In this document: in pieces, positions 1-10,548 of the stretch
Layout: the number at the start of each line of letters is the position of its first letter
Position numbering within the stretch: the stretch's first letter is position 1
NCBI GenBank assembly: GCA_019056785.1
Contig: DXJV01000059.1
Span: forward strand, 32,001-96,000
Direction of reading: 5' to 3'
From: Candidatus Heimdallarchaeota archaeon
Lineage (GTDB): Archaea > Asgardarchaeota > Heimdallarchaeia > JABLTI01
Length of the DNA: 64,000 bases
The notes under the pieces: generated by a model
Seen by the model: only the letters and a program-made list of their open reading frames with translations
The model's database searches: none
What the model was told of the DNA's origin: nothing
Position numbers and translations under genes: made by a program

Positions 1-104
1 TCTTACTTATTAAACCTTTACAAATTACTGAATACAAGGATGCTTTTTGAGGATTTTTATCTCTTTTTAACTTCTTTAAAAACAAATGGTAAACTTACCA
101 GATT

Positions 105-1652
105 TCATTCTTTTGCAATTTTCCGGACAAAAAGGATTGCCTTTGTGAAAAAGAAACCTAAAACGAGTAGAATTGCTATCGCAAAGCCAAAGCGCGTGAG
201 CGCTTTCCGTTTTGGCGGGAAACTTCGTGGGTTCAATGGATCAGTAGAGGCAAAGTACTCTTCAGCATCCGTGTAACCATCAGCGTCTGTATCATTATTT
301 TCTGGGTTTGTTCCGATTTTCTCCTCAAAGAAATTACAAAGACTGTCTCGATCATTGTCTAAAGAAAAAGTAAGAATAAGCCTTTTTAGGAAAAAATCAT
401 ATCTATAGTTAAAGAAGCCTGTGGTCACAATTTCCTCATTTATCGAATAGTCGATGGCCAAGAGTTCCATAGAAAAATAGCCGCTAGTGGTTCGATACCA
501 GATAGGTTCTAAAGAAGAATTGAAATAGGCTAGAAAGGGCCCGTCAAAAGCGCCACCAATATTTTCAGTTTGACCAATTACATAGAATTCATTTGCATGA
601 ATTGAAGAAAGCCCCTGGACATCTTCATCTATATCGAATTTTCCCCACACTCTTTCAGTGAGAATTTCGCCATCCAAGTTAAGAGAAAAAATGCGAACAT
701 CTTTAAAAATTCCATTTCCATTGTTTTCAAGACAATCACCAACAAGAATGAGCTGTTCTTTCTCGAGGTTAATACCCATGTCCTTAATTGTTGTTTGTTC
801 TTCTCGTGTGTATTGTTTTTTCCAGAGGATAGTACCGTTCTGCAAAAGTCGTTGAATAACCAAATCGGTTCTTTTCTGATTAGCTTTAGATATCTGATTA
901 AAAAAGAGAAATAAGTCGCCTGTTAACGGTTCTAGAACAATGCGGGGATAACTATCAATTGAGGGCGACAAAAATGCTTTTTGCCAAAGAATGGCCCCAG
1001 TAGAGCTGTTTATACAATAAAGTAAAGTGTTATCAGCAGAATTTTGGTTAGTTGGATCAGTTTGTAAAGCCGTTAAATATAATTTGCCTTTTGAGTAGAG
1101 TATTCTTTCACCTTGTTCTGCCAAGCTGGGGGTTCCTATTGTTGTGTTCCACAAAAATTCTTTTGAAGTATAGTTAAAACTAAATAAGAAAATATCCCAA
1201 TCATTAGAACTATTGAATGTTCCACCCACTGCAAATAATAATTGTTGTTGTTCATCAAGCACCAAGTTGTTTGCAGTGGTTGGTTCATCTTGTTGATAAA
1301 CCTCAAGCCAAGCCAATTTTCCTGAGTCATTAACCATGCCAATAAAGAAATCAGTTTGCGTGAAAAACTCGGTTTGAAGATTTCCGACAAAAAAGAACTC
1401 CCCATTTGAACCGGCTTTTATACTCATTCCTTTTGCTATGTAACCTGTTTCCCGCCAAAGAGTATAGTAACCAAGTAGATTGTCTAACGCTCGGGTGGTC
1501 TGCGGAAAAAGTTGGCTGGTTTCAATGGCTTTTGATTGTTGAGTTTTCGTTAAAATTACAGTCGAGAAAAGGGGGAAAAGGAACAAAACTAATAACAAAA
1601 GTAATTTTACACTAGTAGGGACTCTGGAGAAAGGAAAATGGTTCTTGTTCAA
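105..1652 (-). CDS. Membrane-anchored secreted beta-propeller-like protein with Ca-binding (TSP3-like DxDxDG) stalk and C-terminal TM helix
   Basis: N-terminal hydrophobic signal; repeated beta-rich G..LW motifs; DNDRDSL..E...GTNP..NDTDADG..D.EE...TDPLNP before a C-terminal TM; TTG start preceded by GGTGA. Confidence 0.7.
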   Translation of the reverse strand: MNKNHFPFSRVPTSVKLLLLLVLFLFPLFSTVILTKTQQSKAIETSQLFPQTTRALDNLLGYYTLWRETGYIAKGMSIKAGSNGEFFFVGNLQTEFFTQTDFFIGMVNDSGKLAWLEVYQQDEPTTANNLVLDEQQQLLFAVGGTFNSSNDWDIFLFSFNYTSKEFLWNTTIGTPSLAEQGERILYSKGKLYLTALQTDPTNQNSADNTLLYCINSSTGAILWQKAFLSPSIDSYPRIVLEPLTGDLFLFFNQISKANQKRTDLVIQRLLQNGTILWKKQYTREEQTTIKDMGINLEKEQLILVGDCLENNGNGIFKDVRIFSLNLDGEILTERVWGKFDIDEDVQGLSSIHANEFYVIGQTENIGGAFDGPFLAYFNSSLEPIWYRTTSGYFSMELLAIDYSINEEIVTTGFFNYRYDFFLKRLILTFSLDNDRDSLCNFFEEKIGTNPENNDTDADGYTDAEEYFASTDPLNPRSFPPKRKALTRFGFAIAILLVLGFFFTKAILFVRKIAKE

Positions 1653-1807
1653 AAAAGCTCACCAAACAACTATATCAAATGCGATTTTTCCCTCTTAAAT
1701 TTATTTATTCCAAACCACGTATTTATATAGGAGAAAGTTAAGGTTAATACCAAAATAGTGTAATTTAAGTACTAAAAGGGTAATTATAATATATTCTTAT
1801 CATTATA

Positions 1808-2341
1808 ATGAAAAGAAAATTATTAGCTTTCAAAAAGAACTTTGTAGGAATGGCACTTATGAGCGGACCAGATAAGAAAAAATTAGATAAAATGATTTGG
1901 CAATTACGAGAGGGCTGGGGGGAAAGTACTCGTATTGAAGCCGCTAGAGATCTGGGATGGATAGGTACTGAAGCCGCTGAAGAAGCTGTCCCGGAATTAA
2001 TTAAAGCGCTATTAGAGGATAAAAGTGAGAACGTTCGAGTGGAAGCTGCAATTTCACTCCAATGGATCGGTTCGAAAGCATCTAAAGCAGTGCCTGCGTT
2101 AGTGAAAGCATTATTAAATGACCAGAGCGAAAAAGTTCGTGAACGGGCTGCAATTGTCCTTTCCGGCATGGGAAAATCTGTTCTAAAAGCTGTCCCTGAT
2201 CTTTACAAAGCAAGCAATGAGGATAAAAGTGTGCAAGTGCGAGAAGCGGCGATGAATACGCTTGAAAAAGTTGCACCAATCTGTGGGTTTCCTACTATCG
2301 AAGAGATGGTAAAAGCAAACAACGCCTCGAAAAAGAAATAG
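1808..2341 (+). CDS. HEAT-repeat (PBS lyase-like) protein
   Basis: Repeated AVP.L.KAL..D.SE.VR..AA..L units; real start may be ATG 1850 or 1859 (AGGA at 1846). Confidence 0.85.
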   Translation: MKRKLLAFKKNFVGMALMSGPDKKKLDKMIWQLREGWGESTRIEAARDLGWIGTEAAEEAVPELIKALLEDKSENVRVEAAISLQWIGSKASKAVPALVKALLNDQSEKVRERAAIVLSGMGKSVLKAVPDLYKASNEDKSVQVREAAMNTLEKVAPICGFPTIEEMVKANNASKKK

Positions 2342-2373
2342 CCGCTGGTAAAAAAAGCAGCATTAAAAGCTTT

Positions 2374-2477
2374 TTCTTTTCAAGTTTATATCTAAAAGGA
2401 TTAAAGAAGAAAAAGCGAATTATTCTTTTCAAGTTTATATCCAAAAGGATTAAAGAAGAAAAAGCGAATTATTCTTT
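2374..2477 (+). repeat. 49-bp tandem direct repeat (2 copies plus a 6-nt partial) containing a TATA-like box
   Basis: 2374-2422 and 2423-2471 are identical except T2393/C2442; each contains TTTATA (2385, 2434); ends directly at ATG 2478. Confidence 0.95.
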
Positions 2478-4658
2478 ATGAATCCCACAGAAAAACCTGC
2501 GAAAGAAAAGTGTGTTATAACTTTTAACGATTTGTATAATTTAAAGCAGATAACGCAAGTAACAATTCGCCCTAGAAGCGAAGAGATATATTTCGTTATT
2601 AATCAAGCAAATAAGCAAGATAATGATTATCGAGAAACTATCTGGCGTGTGAAAGATCAAGTCCAACAGTTTTCACAAGGACTTGGACGGGACAGTGCTC
2701 TAAAATGGTCACCAAATGGTAGCCAGCTTGCCTTCCTATCGATCCGAATTTCTCCCAAAGCCCTCAATAAAAAAGAGAATAAACAACCACCAAAACCACA
2801 GATCTATCTAATAGCCGCTGATGGAGGTGAAGGGCTCGCCTTAACGTCTATGCCTAATGGTGTGCTCCAGAATTTCGAGTGGAGTCGAGATAGTACAAAA
2901 ATAGTTTTCATTTCAAAGATGAATAAAGAAGAGCTATTTGGTCCGGCTGAAGAAGAATTGAAAACACTTGATCCTGATACGGCTATGCTCTTAGAGATGA
3001 AGAAGAAAAAAGCAGAAGAAAAAAAAGTCGAGCCACGAATCATTACTCGTGAGGTCTATCGAACGGGAACATCCTTCCTTGACGATCGAAAAGGACAAAT
3101 CCATGTCGCCGATGTTTCCACTAAAAAAGTTGAACGTTGGACAAACTCACTGGAAGATGACTATACTGTTGCCTTTCTACTTCCTGATAATTCAGCAGTG
3201 ATTACAAGCCGGCAAAAACCAGGTGAGGGTGATGAAACTCGCAATTGGGAATTTGTTAAGATAACTCCAGATGGTACTCTTGAAGTCATTGTGGAGGACC
3301 ATTACAATTGGGGTGGTTATTTCCAACTCTCACCAGATGGGGAGTATATTGCTACAACTATGGGAAAGCGAGAGTTGGGAACGCTGGGACAGACAAGTTT
3401 AGTGATTTATGAGGTCACAACCGGAAAAAGACATATTCTCGCTGAAGAAATCGATAATGAGAAAGTGTTTTTGAAATGGTCAGAAGATAGCAATTATCTC
3501 TACTTTGTTGTCATGGAAAAAGGTACGTCAGCAATCTGGCGAGTGGAAATCGCCACACGAAAAGTCGAGAAAATCATCAATGGCGATAAAATAATTTTCG
3601 GCTATGACATCTCAACAGATAACAGCTGGTTGGCTTACCAATCCTTCTATGTGAATGACCCCTCTCAATTGTACAAATATGCGATTTCCAGTGGTGAAGA
3701 AGAACTTGTCTACGCTCCGAACAAGGAATTTTTATCGGCAAAGAAACTCGGAAAAACAGAAGAGATTTGGTATGATGGTTTTAATAATGACTTTAAAATA
3801 CAGGGCTGGATTCTCACGCCCCCAGATTTCGATCCAGAGAAGAAATATCCTCTTGCTTTAAATATGCATGGTGGTCCACATGTTATGTGGACTTGCCACC
3901 AAAGCATCCCAATGTTCCATGAGTTTCAGCTGCTTGCTGCAAATGGTTATGTTGTCTTCTATTGCAACCCTCGTGGAAGCAATGGTTATGGACAGAAATT
4001 TTATCAAGCATGTGAAAAACACTGGGGCGACCCTGACTCTGTTGACATTCTTAACGGTGTGGAGTTAGTTGTAAATAAAGGGTTTATAGATGAGAAACGG
4101 ATGACCATTACCGGTGGTTCCTATGCTGGCTTCTTAACAGCATGGATGATCGGACATGACAATCGTTTTGCTTGTGCAGTATCTCAAAGGGGTGTTTATT
4201 TCCTTTCGGGTTTCTGGGCATCAACAGATGCTGCTCGTGTTTTAATAGATGACGAATTTGGCACTACCCCGCTGGATGACCATCTCTTTCTCTGGGAGCG
4301 TTCTCCTGCTGCTTATGCAAAAAATATCAAAACACCTTTGAGAATCATTCATAGTGAACTAGACTTTCGAGTCCCAATCTCGGATGCAGAAATGCTTTAC
4401 ACTGCTCTGAAACGCGAGCAACCAAAATTGGATGTGGAATTTGTTCGTTATCCAAAAGAAGGGCATGAGCTCTCACGTTCAGGGCAACCAACACGACGGA
4501 TCGACCGCCTGGAAAAAATCGTTGAATGGTTTGATAAATATTGTCAACCCAAGAAGTACAAACAAGAATTGGCTCTCAAGGAAAAAATAGAAAAAATAAA
4601 AGAACAAACATTGAAAAAAATGTCGGAAAAGATTAAAAACTTGCAAAAAAAGTCTTAA
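2478..4658 (+). CDS. S9 family (prolyl oligopeptidase/acylaminoacyl) peptidase
   Basis: N-terminal WSP.G propeller repeats; HGGPH; nucleophile motif GGSYAG; DFRVP; EGHELSR. Confidence 0.93.
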   Translation: MNPTEKPAKEKCVITFNDLYNLKQITQVTIRPRSEEIYFVINQANKQDNDYRETIWRVKDQVQQFSQGLGRDSALKWSPNGSQLAFLSIRISPKALNKKENKQPPKPQIYLIAADGGEGLALTSMPNGVLQNFEWSRDSTKIVFISKMNKEELFGPAEEELKTLDPDTAMLLEMKKKKAEEKKVEPRIITREVYRTGTSFLDDRKGQIHVADVSTKKVERWTNSLEDDYTVAFLLPDNSAVITSRQKPGEGDETRNWEFVKITPDGTLEVIVEDHYNWGGYFQLSPDGEYIATTMGKRELGTLGQTSLVIYEVTTGKRHILAEEIDNEKVFLKWSEDSNYLYFVVMEKGTSAIWRVEIATRKVEKIINGDKIIFGYDISTDNSWLAYQSFYVNDPSQLYKYAISSGEEELVYAPNKEFLSAKKLGKTEEIWYDGFNNDFKIQGWILTPPDFDPEKKYPLALNMHGGPHVMWTCHQSIPMFHEFQLLAANGYVVFYCNPRGSNGYGQKFYQACEKHWGDPDSVDILNGVELVVNKGFIDEKRMTITGGSYAGFLTAWMIGHDNRFACAVSQRGVYFLSGFWASTDAARVLIDDEFGTTPLDDHLFLWERSPAAYAKNIKTPLRIIHSELDFRVPISDAEMLYTALKREQPKLDVEFVRYPKEGHELSRSGQPTRRIDRLEKIVEWFDKYCQPKKYKQELALKEKIEKIKEQTLKKMSEKIKNLQKKS

Positions 4659-4676
4659 TCTTTTTCTCAAACTTTT

Positions 4677-5840
4677 TTATTTATTTTTAGGTTCTAAACG
4701 TTCATAGCCATGTTGTTCTCGAATGAAGTCCCAATGTTCATTAACTTTCCTGATAATGTCATCTGAGATTTCGTGCACATTTGGTTTGTACGTTTCTTGT
4801 GATTTAATATAGCGAACAAAGGCATCTTTTGCTTCGTCAAAGCCATCAATGTCAAGCTCAGTATAGATGCGTTTGAGCTGAGTTAATGGATCCTTAATGA
4901 AATCTTCGTACTTGATATCAATTATCCGGTCTTTTGGAATCAATTTTCGCGTCTCATTAAACCGTTCGTACATTTCTCGAACATTATCAAGAATGCCTTG
5001 TTGTAATTCATCATCATCCCAGGTTTGGACTGCATAAATAGCAAACACTTCTCTAAAGAAACGTAAGGTAGAAGCATACATATTATAGGGATTACGATAA
5101 GTATGAACAAATTTTGCATTGGGGTACATTTTCAGTAGAAGTGGTATTCGATAAGTGTTTGCGGGGTTTTTCAAAATAAGCATTTTTCCATTATACTTCA
5201 AGGTCATTTTTTTCACGAAGAATTCGTATGTTTTACGCCACTTCTTAACATCGCGTTCCTTACAATCACCAATGGCGTTATAACTTGAGTAGAGTTTAAA
5301 ATTGCGGGGGAAGATGAAGCCATTGTAAAAACCATATTTGCTCATAGCACCAATGGCATATTCTTCTTCGGTTGGTTCCTCACTCCCCATTAAAACTTCA
5401 TCCATGGGTCTTTTCTCCGGAAGAGACATATCTATGAGCTTTTTCGTTATTTTTTCAAAAGTAAGGAAAAAGTGGGGTGCATAGGCTTCAAGGTTCGAAA
5501 CGTAACCTTTGTTCTTGTCTTTTGTAAGTAAAGACATCAGATAGGTTGTCCCCGTTCGATAATGTCCAACTACAAACAAGGGATCGGTTTTAACCTCAGT
5601 TTTCTTAATCTTCCGAGTTTTTGTTAACCACTCAATAGCGCGTAATGGCCAGGTAATTGCACAAAGCCAATAAGCGTAAGTAAAACGCAACCAATATTTC
5701 GGGTGAACTCGAAACTTATTTTGCCAGAGAAGTCGCCAAATGTTTATTAGCGTCATGCCACCAAGTGGCTCTTCTTTTACGATAAGATGAGTGCGATCTT
5801 TCTTTTTCTTTTCGCCTTTAATTTTCTTCTGTTTCGTCAA
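4677..5840 (-). CDS. PAPS-dependent sulfotransferase (Sulfotransfer_3/Stf3-like)
   Basis: 5'-PSB loop GHYRTGTTYL; LKNP; 3'-PB motif YRNP...YAS; YEDF; AGGAGG 9 nt before TTG 5840 (ORF track start 5882). Confidence 0.88.
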   Translation of the reverse strand: MTKQKKIKGEKKKKDRTHLIVKEEPLGGMTLINIWRLLWQNKFRVHPKYWLRFTYAYWLCAITWPLRAIEWLTKTRKIKKTEVKTDPLFVVGHYRTGTTYLMSLLTKDKNKGYVSNLEAYAPHFFLTFEKITKKLIDMSLPEKRPMDEVLMGSEEPTEEEYAIGAMSKYGFYNGFIFPRNFKLYSSYNAIGDCKERDVKKWRKTYEFFVKKMTLKYNGKMLILKNPANTYRIPLLLKMYPNAKFVHTYRNPYNMYASTLRFFREVFAIYAVQTWDDDELQQGILDNVREMYERFNETRKLIPKDRIIDIKYEDFIKDPLTQLKRIYTELDIDGFDEAKDAFVRYIKSQETYKPNVHEISDDIIRKVNEHWDFIREQHGYERLEPKNK

Positions 5841-6028
5841 TTGATGAATCCTCCTTAGGTAATTGAGGAAAAGATTTGCCAAACCGATTTATTCTTAACA
5901 ATCTAAATTATTAATCTTCTTGTTTAAATCGAATTTAGTGTAGAACAACATCAATTAATAATTTTTTTATTTGCTTTCTGGCGGATAAAACAACGAAACT
6001 ACCATGTGAGAGATACTAAGGGGTTGTT

Positions 6029-6056
6029 GAAAAAAAAAGAGAAAGAAAGAAAAAAA
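6029..6056 (-). terminator. Probable oligo-T/pyrimidine terminator downstream of cysC
   Basis: Long purine run on + (T/C-rich on -) just after the cysC stop. Confidence 0.45.
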
Positions 6057-6066
6057 GGGTTGAAAA

Positions 6067-6618
6067 TTAACTCGAGTTTGGGATTAATCGTTCTTTCTCG
6101 AGATAGTCCAAAATAATTTTTACACTTTCTTCTACAGTTTCATGTTCTGTATCACAGACAATTTCAGGGTTTGGAGGTTCCTCGTAAGGATGACTCACAC
6201 CGGTGAAATTCTCTATCTCACCTGCAAAAGCTTTCTCATAAAGCCCTTTTACATCTCTTCTTGCACATTCTTCGACTGATGCTTTGACAAAGACCTCAAT
6301 GAAGCGCGCATTCTCTGCTTCAACCTCTTTTCGGGCTTGCTCACGGACAGAGATGTAGGGAGAAATAAACGAAACAAGTGTTGCCACTCCATGTTTGGCT
6401 AAGAGCCGGGTGACAAATGTTACTCGTTCAATGTTTTTCTTTCGATCTTCTTCTGTGAAGCCTAAGTCTTTTGTCAAAGATTTGCGAACAATGTCGCCAT
6501 CTAATCGTTGCACTCGGAGGTTGCGTTTTAATAGCTCCTCTTCGAGTTTAACTGCAATAGTCGTTTTACCAGCACCAGAAAGTCCTGTAAACCAAACAAC
6601 AAAACCTGGTTTATGCAT
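6067..6618 (-). CDS. cysC: Adenylyl-sulfate (APS) kinase
   Basis: WFTGLSGAGKTT P-loop; LDGDIVR; RDVKGLY; FTGVSHPYEEP. Confidence 0.97.
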   Translation of the reverse strand: MHKPGFVVWFTGLSGAGKTTIAVKLEEELLKRNLRVQRLDGDIVRKSLTKDLGFTEEDRKKNIERVTFVTRLLAKHGVATLVSFISPYISVREQARKEVEAENARFIEVFVKASVEECARRDVKGLYEKAFAGEIENFTGVSHPYEEPPNPEIVCDTEHETVEESVKIILDYLEKERLIPNSS

Positions 6619-6653
6619 ATGTTTTAGTCTCCAATGTTAATGTGAGTGTTTCT

Positions 6654-7847
6654 TTAAGATACGAAGAGTTCTTTTTGACTGAGAAGATACTTCGCTACTT
6701 CAGGTCGGATATATTCTGTTAGTCCATCAAGTTGCTTATTCATGAGCATTGCTCTAATCTTTCGACCACTGATTAAATGTTGGTATTTTGTATTAACATG
6801 CGGGCAAGTCTTGTCTGAGACAACTCCATTGCATTTTTTACAGATGAAAAATGAACGGAAACAGATCGGTTGAATCCTCAAGTCAGGGAATTTGTCGAAA
6901 ATCGCATGAGCATCAAATGGTCCATAATAATTGCCCACACCTGCATGGTCGCGTCCTACGATAAAATGTGTACAACCAAAGTTCTTACGCATAATAGCAT
7001 GAAAGATTGCTTCCTTCGGGCCAGCATATCGCATCCTTGTTCGTAAGATTCCCAACATGGTTTTACTTTCTGGGTAATAATTCTGGATGAGAATTTTATA
7101 TGCTCCAAGGATAACAGGGTCGAGGAAATCGTTCTTTTTCTTCTTCCCAATAATTGGATTAATGAACAGTCCATCAACAAGATTTAAAGCAGTCTTTTGA
7201 ACAAATTCATGGCCAATGTGCGGGACATTGCGTGTTTGGAATCCAACAACAGACTTCCAATTGCGCTCCTTGAACATTCGTCGTGTTTCCTCAGGATAAA
7301 AAGTAAATTCTTTGAATTGTTTAATTTCAGTGTTAAGAAGGGAGATTTTTCCACTTAAAAGAATGTCATTTGCTTGCATAACATTGGCAACACCGGGGTG
7401 TTCCATATCAAGTGTTTGAAAGACACTTTGAGCAACTTCCCGCTTTTTATATGGGAATTTTTCTTCGAGATGAAGCACAGCGAAAACTTCAGAATTTCCA
7501 TTGAAAACGGCAATATCATCCCCCTCAGAAAACTGGTCAGCGATCTCCTCTGAAACATCTAATGTAATGGGAATTGTCCAAGGAATGTCGTTTGGCAACC
7601 GATCGAACTTAATTATTGACTCAACTTCATTTTCGCCCATAAAACCTTTAAGGGGGCTGAAAACACCATGAGCAATGTTGTTGATATCTTCAATAGTTTC
7701 ATTTGAGGCCTTTAAATAAGGCATTTCTCTACTTTCCGATAAAAGTCGCTCCTTTTTTCGCTTAGATGAAATCACTCTATTAATTAATTTACCACCATGA
7801 GGTCTGATCAATATCAACTTATCTCCATTTTTTGTTTTAATTTGCAC
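6654..7847 (-). CDS. sat: Sulfate adenylyltransferase (ATP sulfurylase)
   Basis: PHGGKL; FSPLKGFM; FQTRNVPHIGHE; MRYAGPKEA; HFIVGRDHAGVG; C-terminal CxxC..CPH Zn site. Confidence 0.97.
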   Translation of the reverse strand: MQIKTKNGDKLILIRPHGGKLINRVISSKRKKERLLSESREMPYLKASNETIEDINNIAHGVFSPLKGFMGENEVESIIKFDRLPNDIPWTIPITLDVSEEIADQFSEGDDIAVFNGNSEVFAVLHLEEKFPYKKREVAQSVFQTLDMEHPGVANVMQANDILLSGKISLLNTEIKQFKEFTFYPEETRRMFKERNWKSVVGFQTRNVPHIGHEFVQKTALNLVDGLFINPIIGKKKKNDFLDPVILGAYKILIQNYYPESKTMLGILRTRMRYAGPKEAIFHAIMRKNFGCTHFIVGRDHAGVGNYYGPFDAHAIFDKFPDLRIQPICFRSFFICKKCNGVVSDKTCPHVNTKYQHLISGRKIRAMLMNKQLDGLTEYIRPEVAKYLLSQKELFVS

Positions 7848-8192
7848 TTTTTGATAAACAATAGCTATTATAGGTGGTATGATGGTATTGAAAGAGAGAC
7901 AAATTCTTTCATAAACATACTAATAACAAGCTCTTTTTCATTAGCTACTTGAATTTGTGAGAAATTACACTTTGTTATTAATAAGTTTATTCAAAATAAA
8001 GATAAGATGAGAATCATAAAACACTCTTGCTACCAAAAAATGAGTAAAGCTTGCATTTTTCATGCCAGAAGCCAATTTTTTTCTCCAGAAGAAAGGATTT
8101 GTTTGTAGTTTAGCTCCAAATTTAACATATTTTTCTTGAAATTAGCCGTCAGTAGACATGAAATTTCTGTCATCAAAAGTTTAAAGCCAGTT

Positions 8193-10361
8193 TTATTTTG
8201 CTTTTTTCCCAATTTGTGTAATTTTTCGAAGGAATTGATCTTTTGGGAATAATATAACCAATCTTTTCAGTTCATTATAATATAGGTCAATCTTTTCTTT
8301 TTGTTGGAAAACTTTTGCAATCCCTAATAGAAATAGCAAGCCGATCGAGCCTCTCCGAGTAATTTCCTGTTGTTTACTATAAAGACTAATAAAATCTATT
8401 AGTTTATTCGAAAGCCAGTCGATTGTTTCTTGTTCTTGATTTGGGAAATCAAGGATAAGAAAATTCAAGGTGTCTAAATATTTCAGCTGAAGTTGTTCAT
8501 CGTACGAATGGACTTTTGCGATTTCTTCGTTAATTTCGAGTAGAATGGTTTTTTGCTTTTGATTTTTCGCTTCAAAAGATAAAATGCCTTCATTGATTGC
8601 ACGTGCAATTTTAAGGGGAATTTCTTCATCATTCAGAATTAATCGATTAGCAATTTCCAATTCTTCTTTAATTTTTAAGAATAGGGCATATTCACCTTTC
8701 CGTGCATAATAACTTAGCAAGTGTATTAAATTATCCACAAAATTATATTGTTGATAATACTTGTTTAAAAGTTTCAAACCCTTATGATTAAGGATTTTCA
8801 TGAGAACAAGGACTGCTTCACCATCAAAACGTGCTGCACGAAGGGTCACAGCTCGAACCAAAGGCTCAATGAGTTCAATGACGAATTTCTTTTCACAAAG
8901 TTTGTTCGTATGAGTTATAATCTCTTCTTTTGTTATCTTCAATTCTTTGGAATTAAATCCAAACATCCCCACTGCATAAATCAAGGCAAGAGTATGGAGC
9001 AAGTGGTTCTCAAGGTATATTTCATTATCAAAATGGAGTTGCCGTAAAAAGTTCACCTGGTTAACAATTGCGCTTTCTTTTGTTGCTGCAGTAGTTAAAT
9101 CATCCCGAAGTGAAATTGCATCTTGAATCTCGTTGATTGTTTGCCTATCAGGCGGGATTTGTCCGGTCTCTCTGAGATGTTCCTTCAGAGAAGCATCATA
9201 GTCAATGATCGCGTCAACTTCTTCGACAATAGTTATTGGGGTCAATGCATCCGGCTTTTGAGCGATGATTTGTCTATAAACTTCTTCAATATCATGGATG
9301 TTATTTAAATCGTAAGCAAGTACAATCCCCCGACGGCCTATTTTCAAGGCATCGTACTCCTCAATGCGCATTGTTTTCATGATTGACATGAGTTTTACTT
9401 CTGCTTCTCGTAAAAGCTGGTTTTTATCGCGTCCTTCTTTAAGTTCTTGAATGAGAGGGATGTCCATGAATTCATCCCAAAGATTAAATTGATCAAAAGC
9501 ATAACTAAGGCGATAAATATCCTCAAAAAGTGTTTTCCCTTTTTGTCGGAGCAAATATTCTGCATCTTGCAAAATATGCCGGATAAATTGAAGGCATTCC
9601 TTCTTCTTTTGTTTCTTATTCTGTCTTGCGAGATTAATTATCGCATTTATCGCTCCTTCCTGCAATATTTCATTTATATCCTCGCCAATTAATGAAGTCT
9701 TCAATCTATTTAGCAAAGGTTCTGCTTCAAGTTCATATTCGAAGTTGCTTATAGCGAAGCTACTGAGTTGCTGGTAGACTTTATTGATCAGTGAACAATC
9801 TTGGTCGTTTAAATAGAATAAGGTGTTCATGAAGACTTTTGCATCAAGAAGTTGAATGCTCTCAAGAAGAGGATGAAGAACAGCTTTTTCTTGAACGTGA
9901 TTCAAAATTTCTAAAATTTCAGTATCATCGCCCCATTTAATTAATTCTACGGCAGCAGCGGAAATTGCTTGAAAAACTTGCAACTTTTCCGGGAATCGTG
10001 CGAGAATCTCGAGTAAATCATTGAAAAAATTTGTTCGGGTTTTCCCTCGGACGGGGCGGCTATCAACAATCACTTGCGAGATAGCAAAAGCAAAAAATCG
10101 AAGAACTCCTTTGTTCTCCTTAGCAATTGCAACCACTTCAGCAAATTCGTTTAGAAGCATTTGTTCTGTTTCAAAATCATTTTGTTCACTAAAATGAAGG
10201 ATGACATTAAATAAAGTTTCAGCAAATTTAACTGTTGTTTGTTGATCCTTTTTCAAGTCGATTTTTTTTCGTAGAGAATGAATTTCAGTCAGAATCTCTT
10301 CTTTTGAAAGTTTATCTAGCTTGTCTCTGAGAGCGTTGATTGTTTCAGTCATGGTTTGCAC
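8193..10361 (-). CDS. Hypothetical all-alpha (solenoid/TPR-like) protein
   Basis: 722-aa ORF of amphipathic helices with no recognisable catalytic motif. Confidence 0.6.
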   Translation of the reverse strand: MQTMTETINALRDKLDKLSKEEILTEIHSLRKKIDLKKDQQTTVKFAETLFNVILHFSEQNDFETEQMLLNEFAEVVAIAKENKGVLRFFAFAISQVIVDSRPVRGKTRTNFFNDLLEILARFPEKLQVFQAISAAAVELIKWGDDTEILEILNHVQEKAVLHPLLESIQLLDAKVFMNTLFYLNDQDCSLINKVYQQLSSFAISNFEYELEAEPLLNRLKTSLIGEDINEILQEGAINAIINLARQNKKQKKKECLQFIRHILQDAEYLLRQKGKTLFEDIYRLSYAFDQFNLWDEFMDIPLIQELKEGRDKNQLLREAEVKLMSIMKTMRIEEYDALKIGRRGIVLAYDLNNIHDIEEVYRQIIAQKPDALTPITIVEEVDAIIDYDASLKEHLRETGQIPPDRQTINEIQDAISLRDDLTTAATKESAIVNQVNFLRQLHFDNEIYLENHLLHTLALIYAVGMFGFNSKELKITKEEIITHTNKLCEKKFVIELIEPLVRAVTLRAARFDGEAVLVLMKILNHKGLKLLNKYYQQYNFVDNLIHLLSYYARKGEYALFLKIKEELEIANRLILNDEEIPLKIARAINEGILSFEAKNQKQKTILLEINEEIAKVHSYDEQLQLKYLDTLNFLILDFPNQEQETIDWLSNKLIDFISLYSKQQEITRRGSIGLLFLLGIAKVFQQKEKIDLYYNELKRLVILFPKDQFLRKITQIGKKAK

Positions 10362-10548
10362 CGAAATTAAACCAAACAGGCGCTTCTAGTTAAGTCAACT
10401 CTATGTTAATATAATAATATTCTTTTTCTATAGGCAATGTGAATAGCGGGTTTCCTTCAAAGCTAACAGAAAGAATTTAGTTAGCGTTACTTTGATCTTA
10501 AAACATGAAAAAAAAAGAGGAAAAGAGAAAAACTTTTCATTTGTATTT

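Noticed and set aside
2374-2477. Tandem repeat as a mini-CRISPR
   Set aside because: The copies are contiguous with no spacer, and there are no cas genes.
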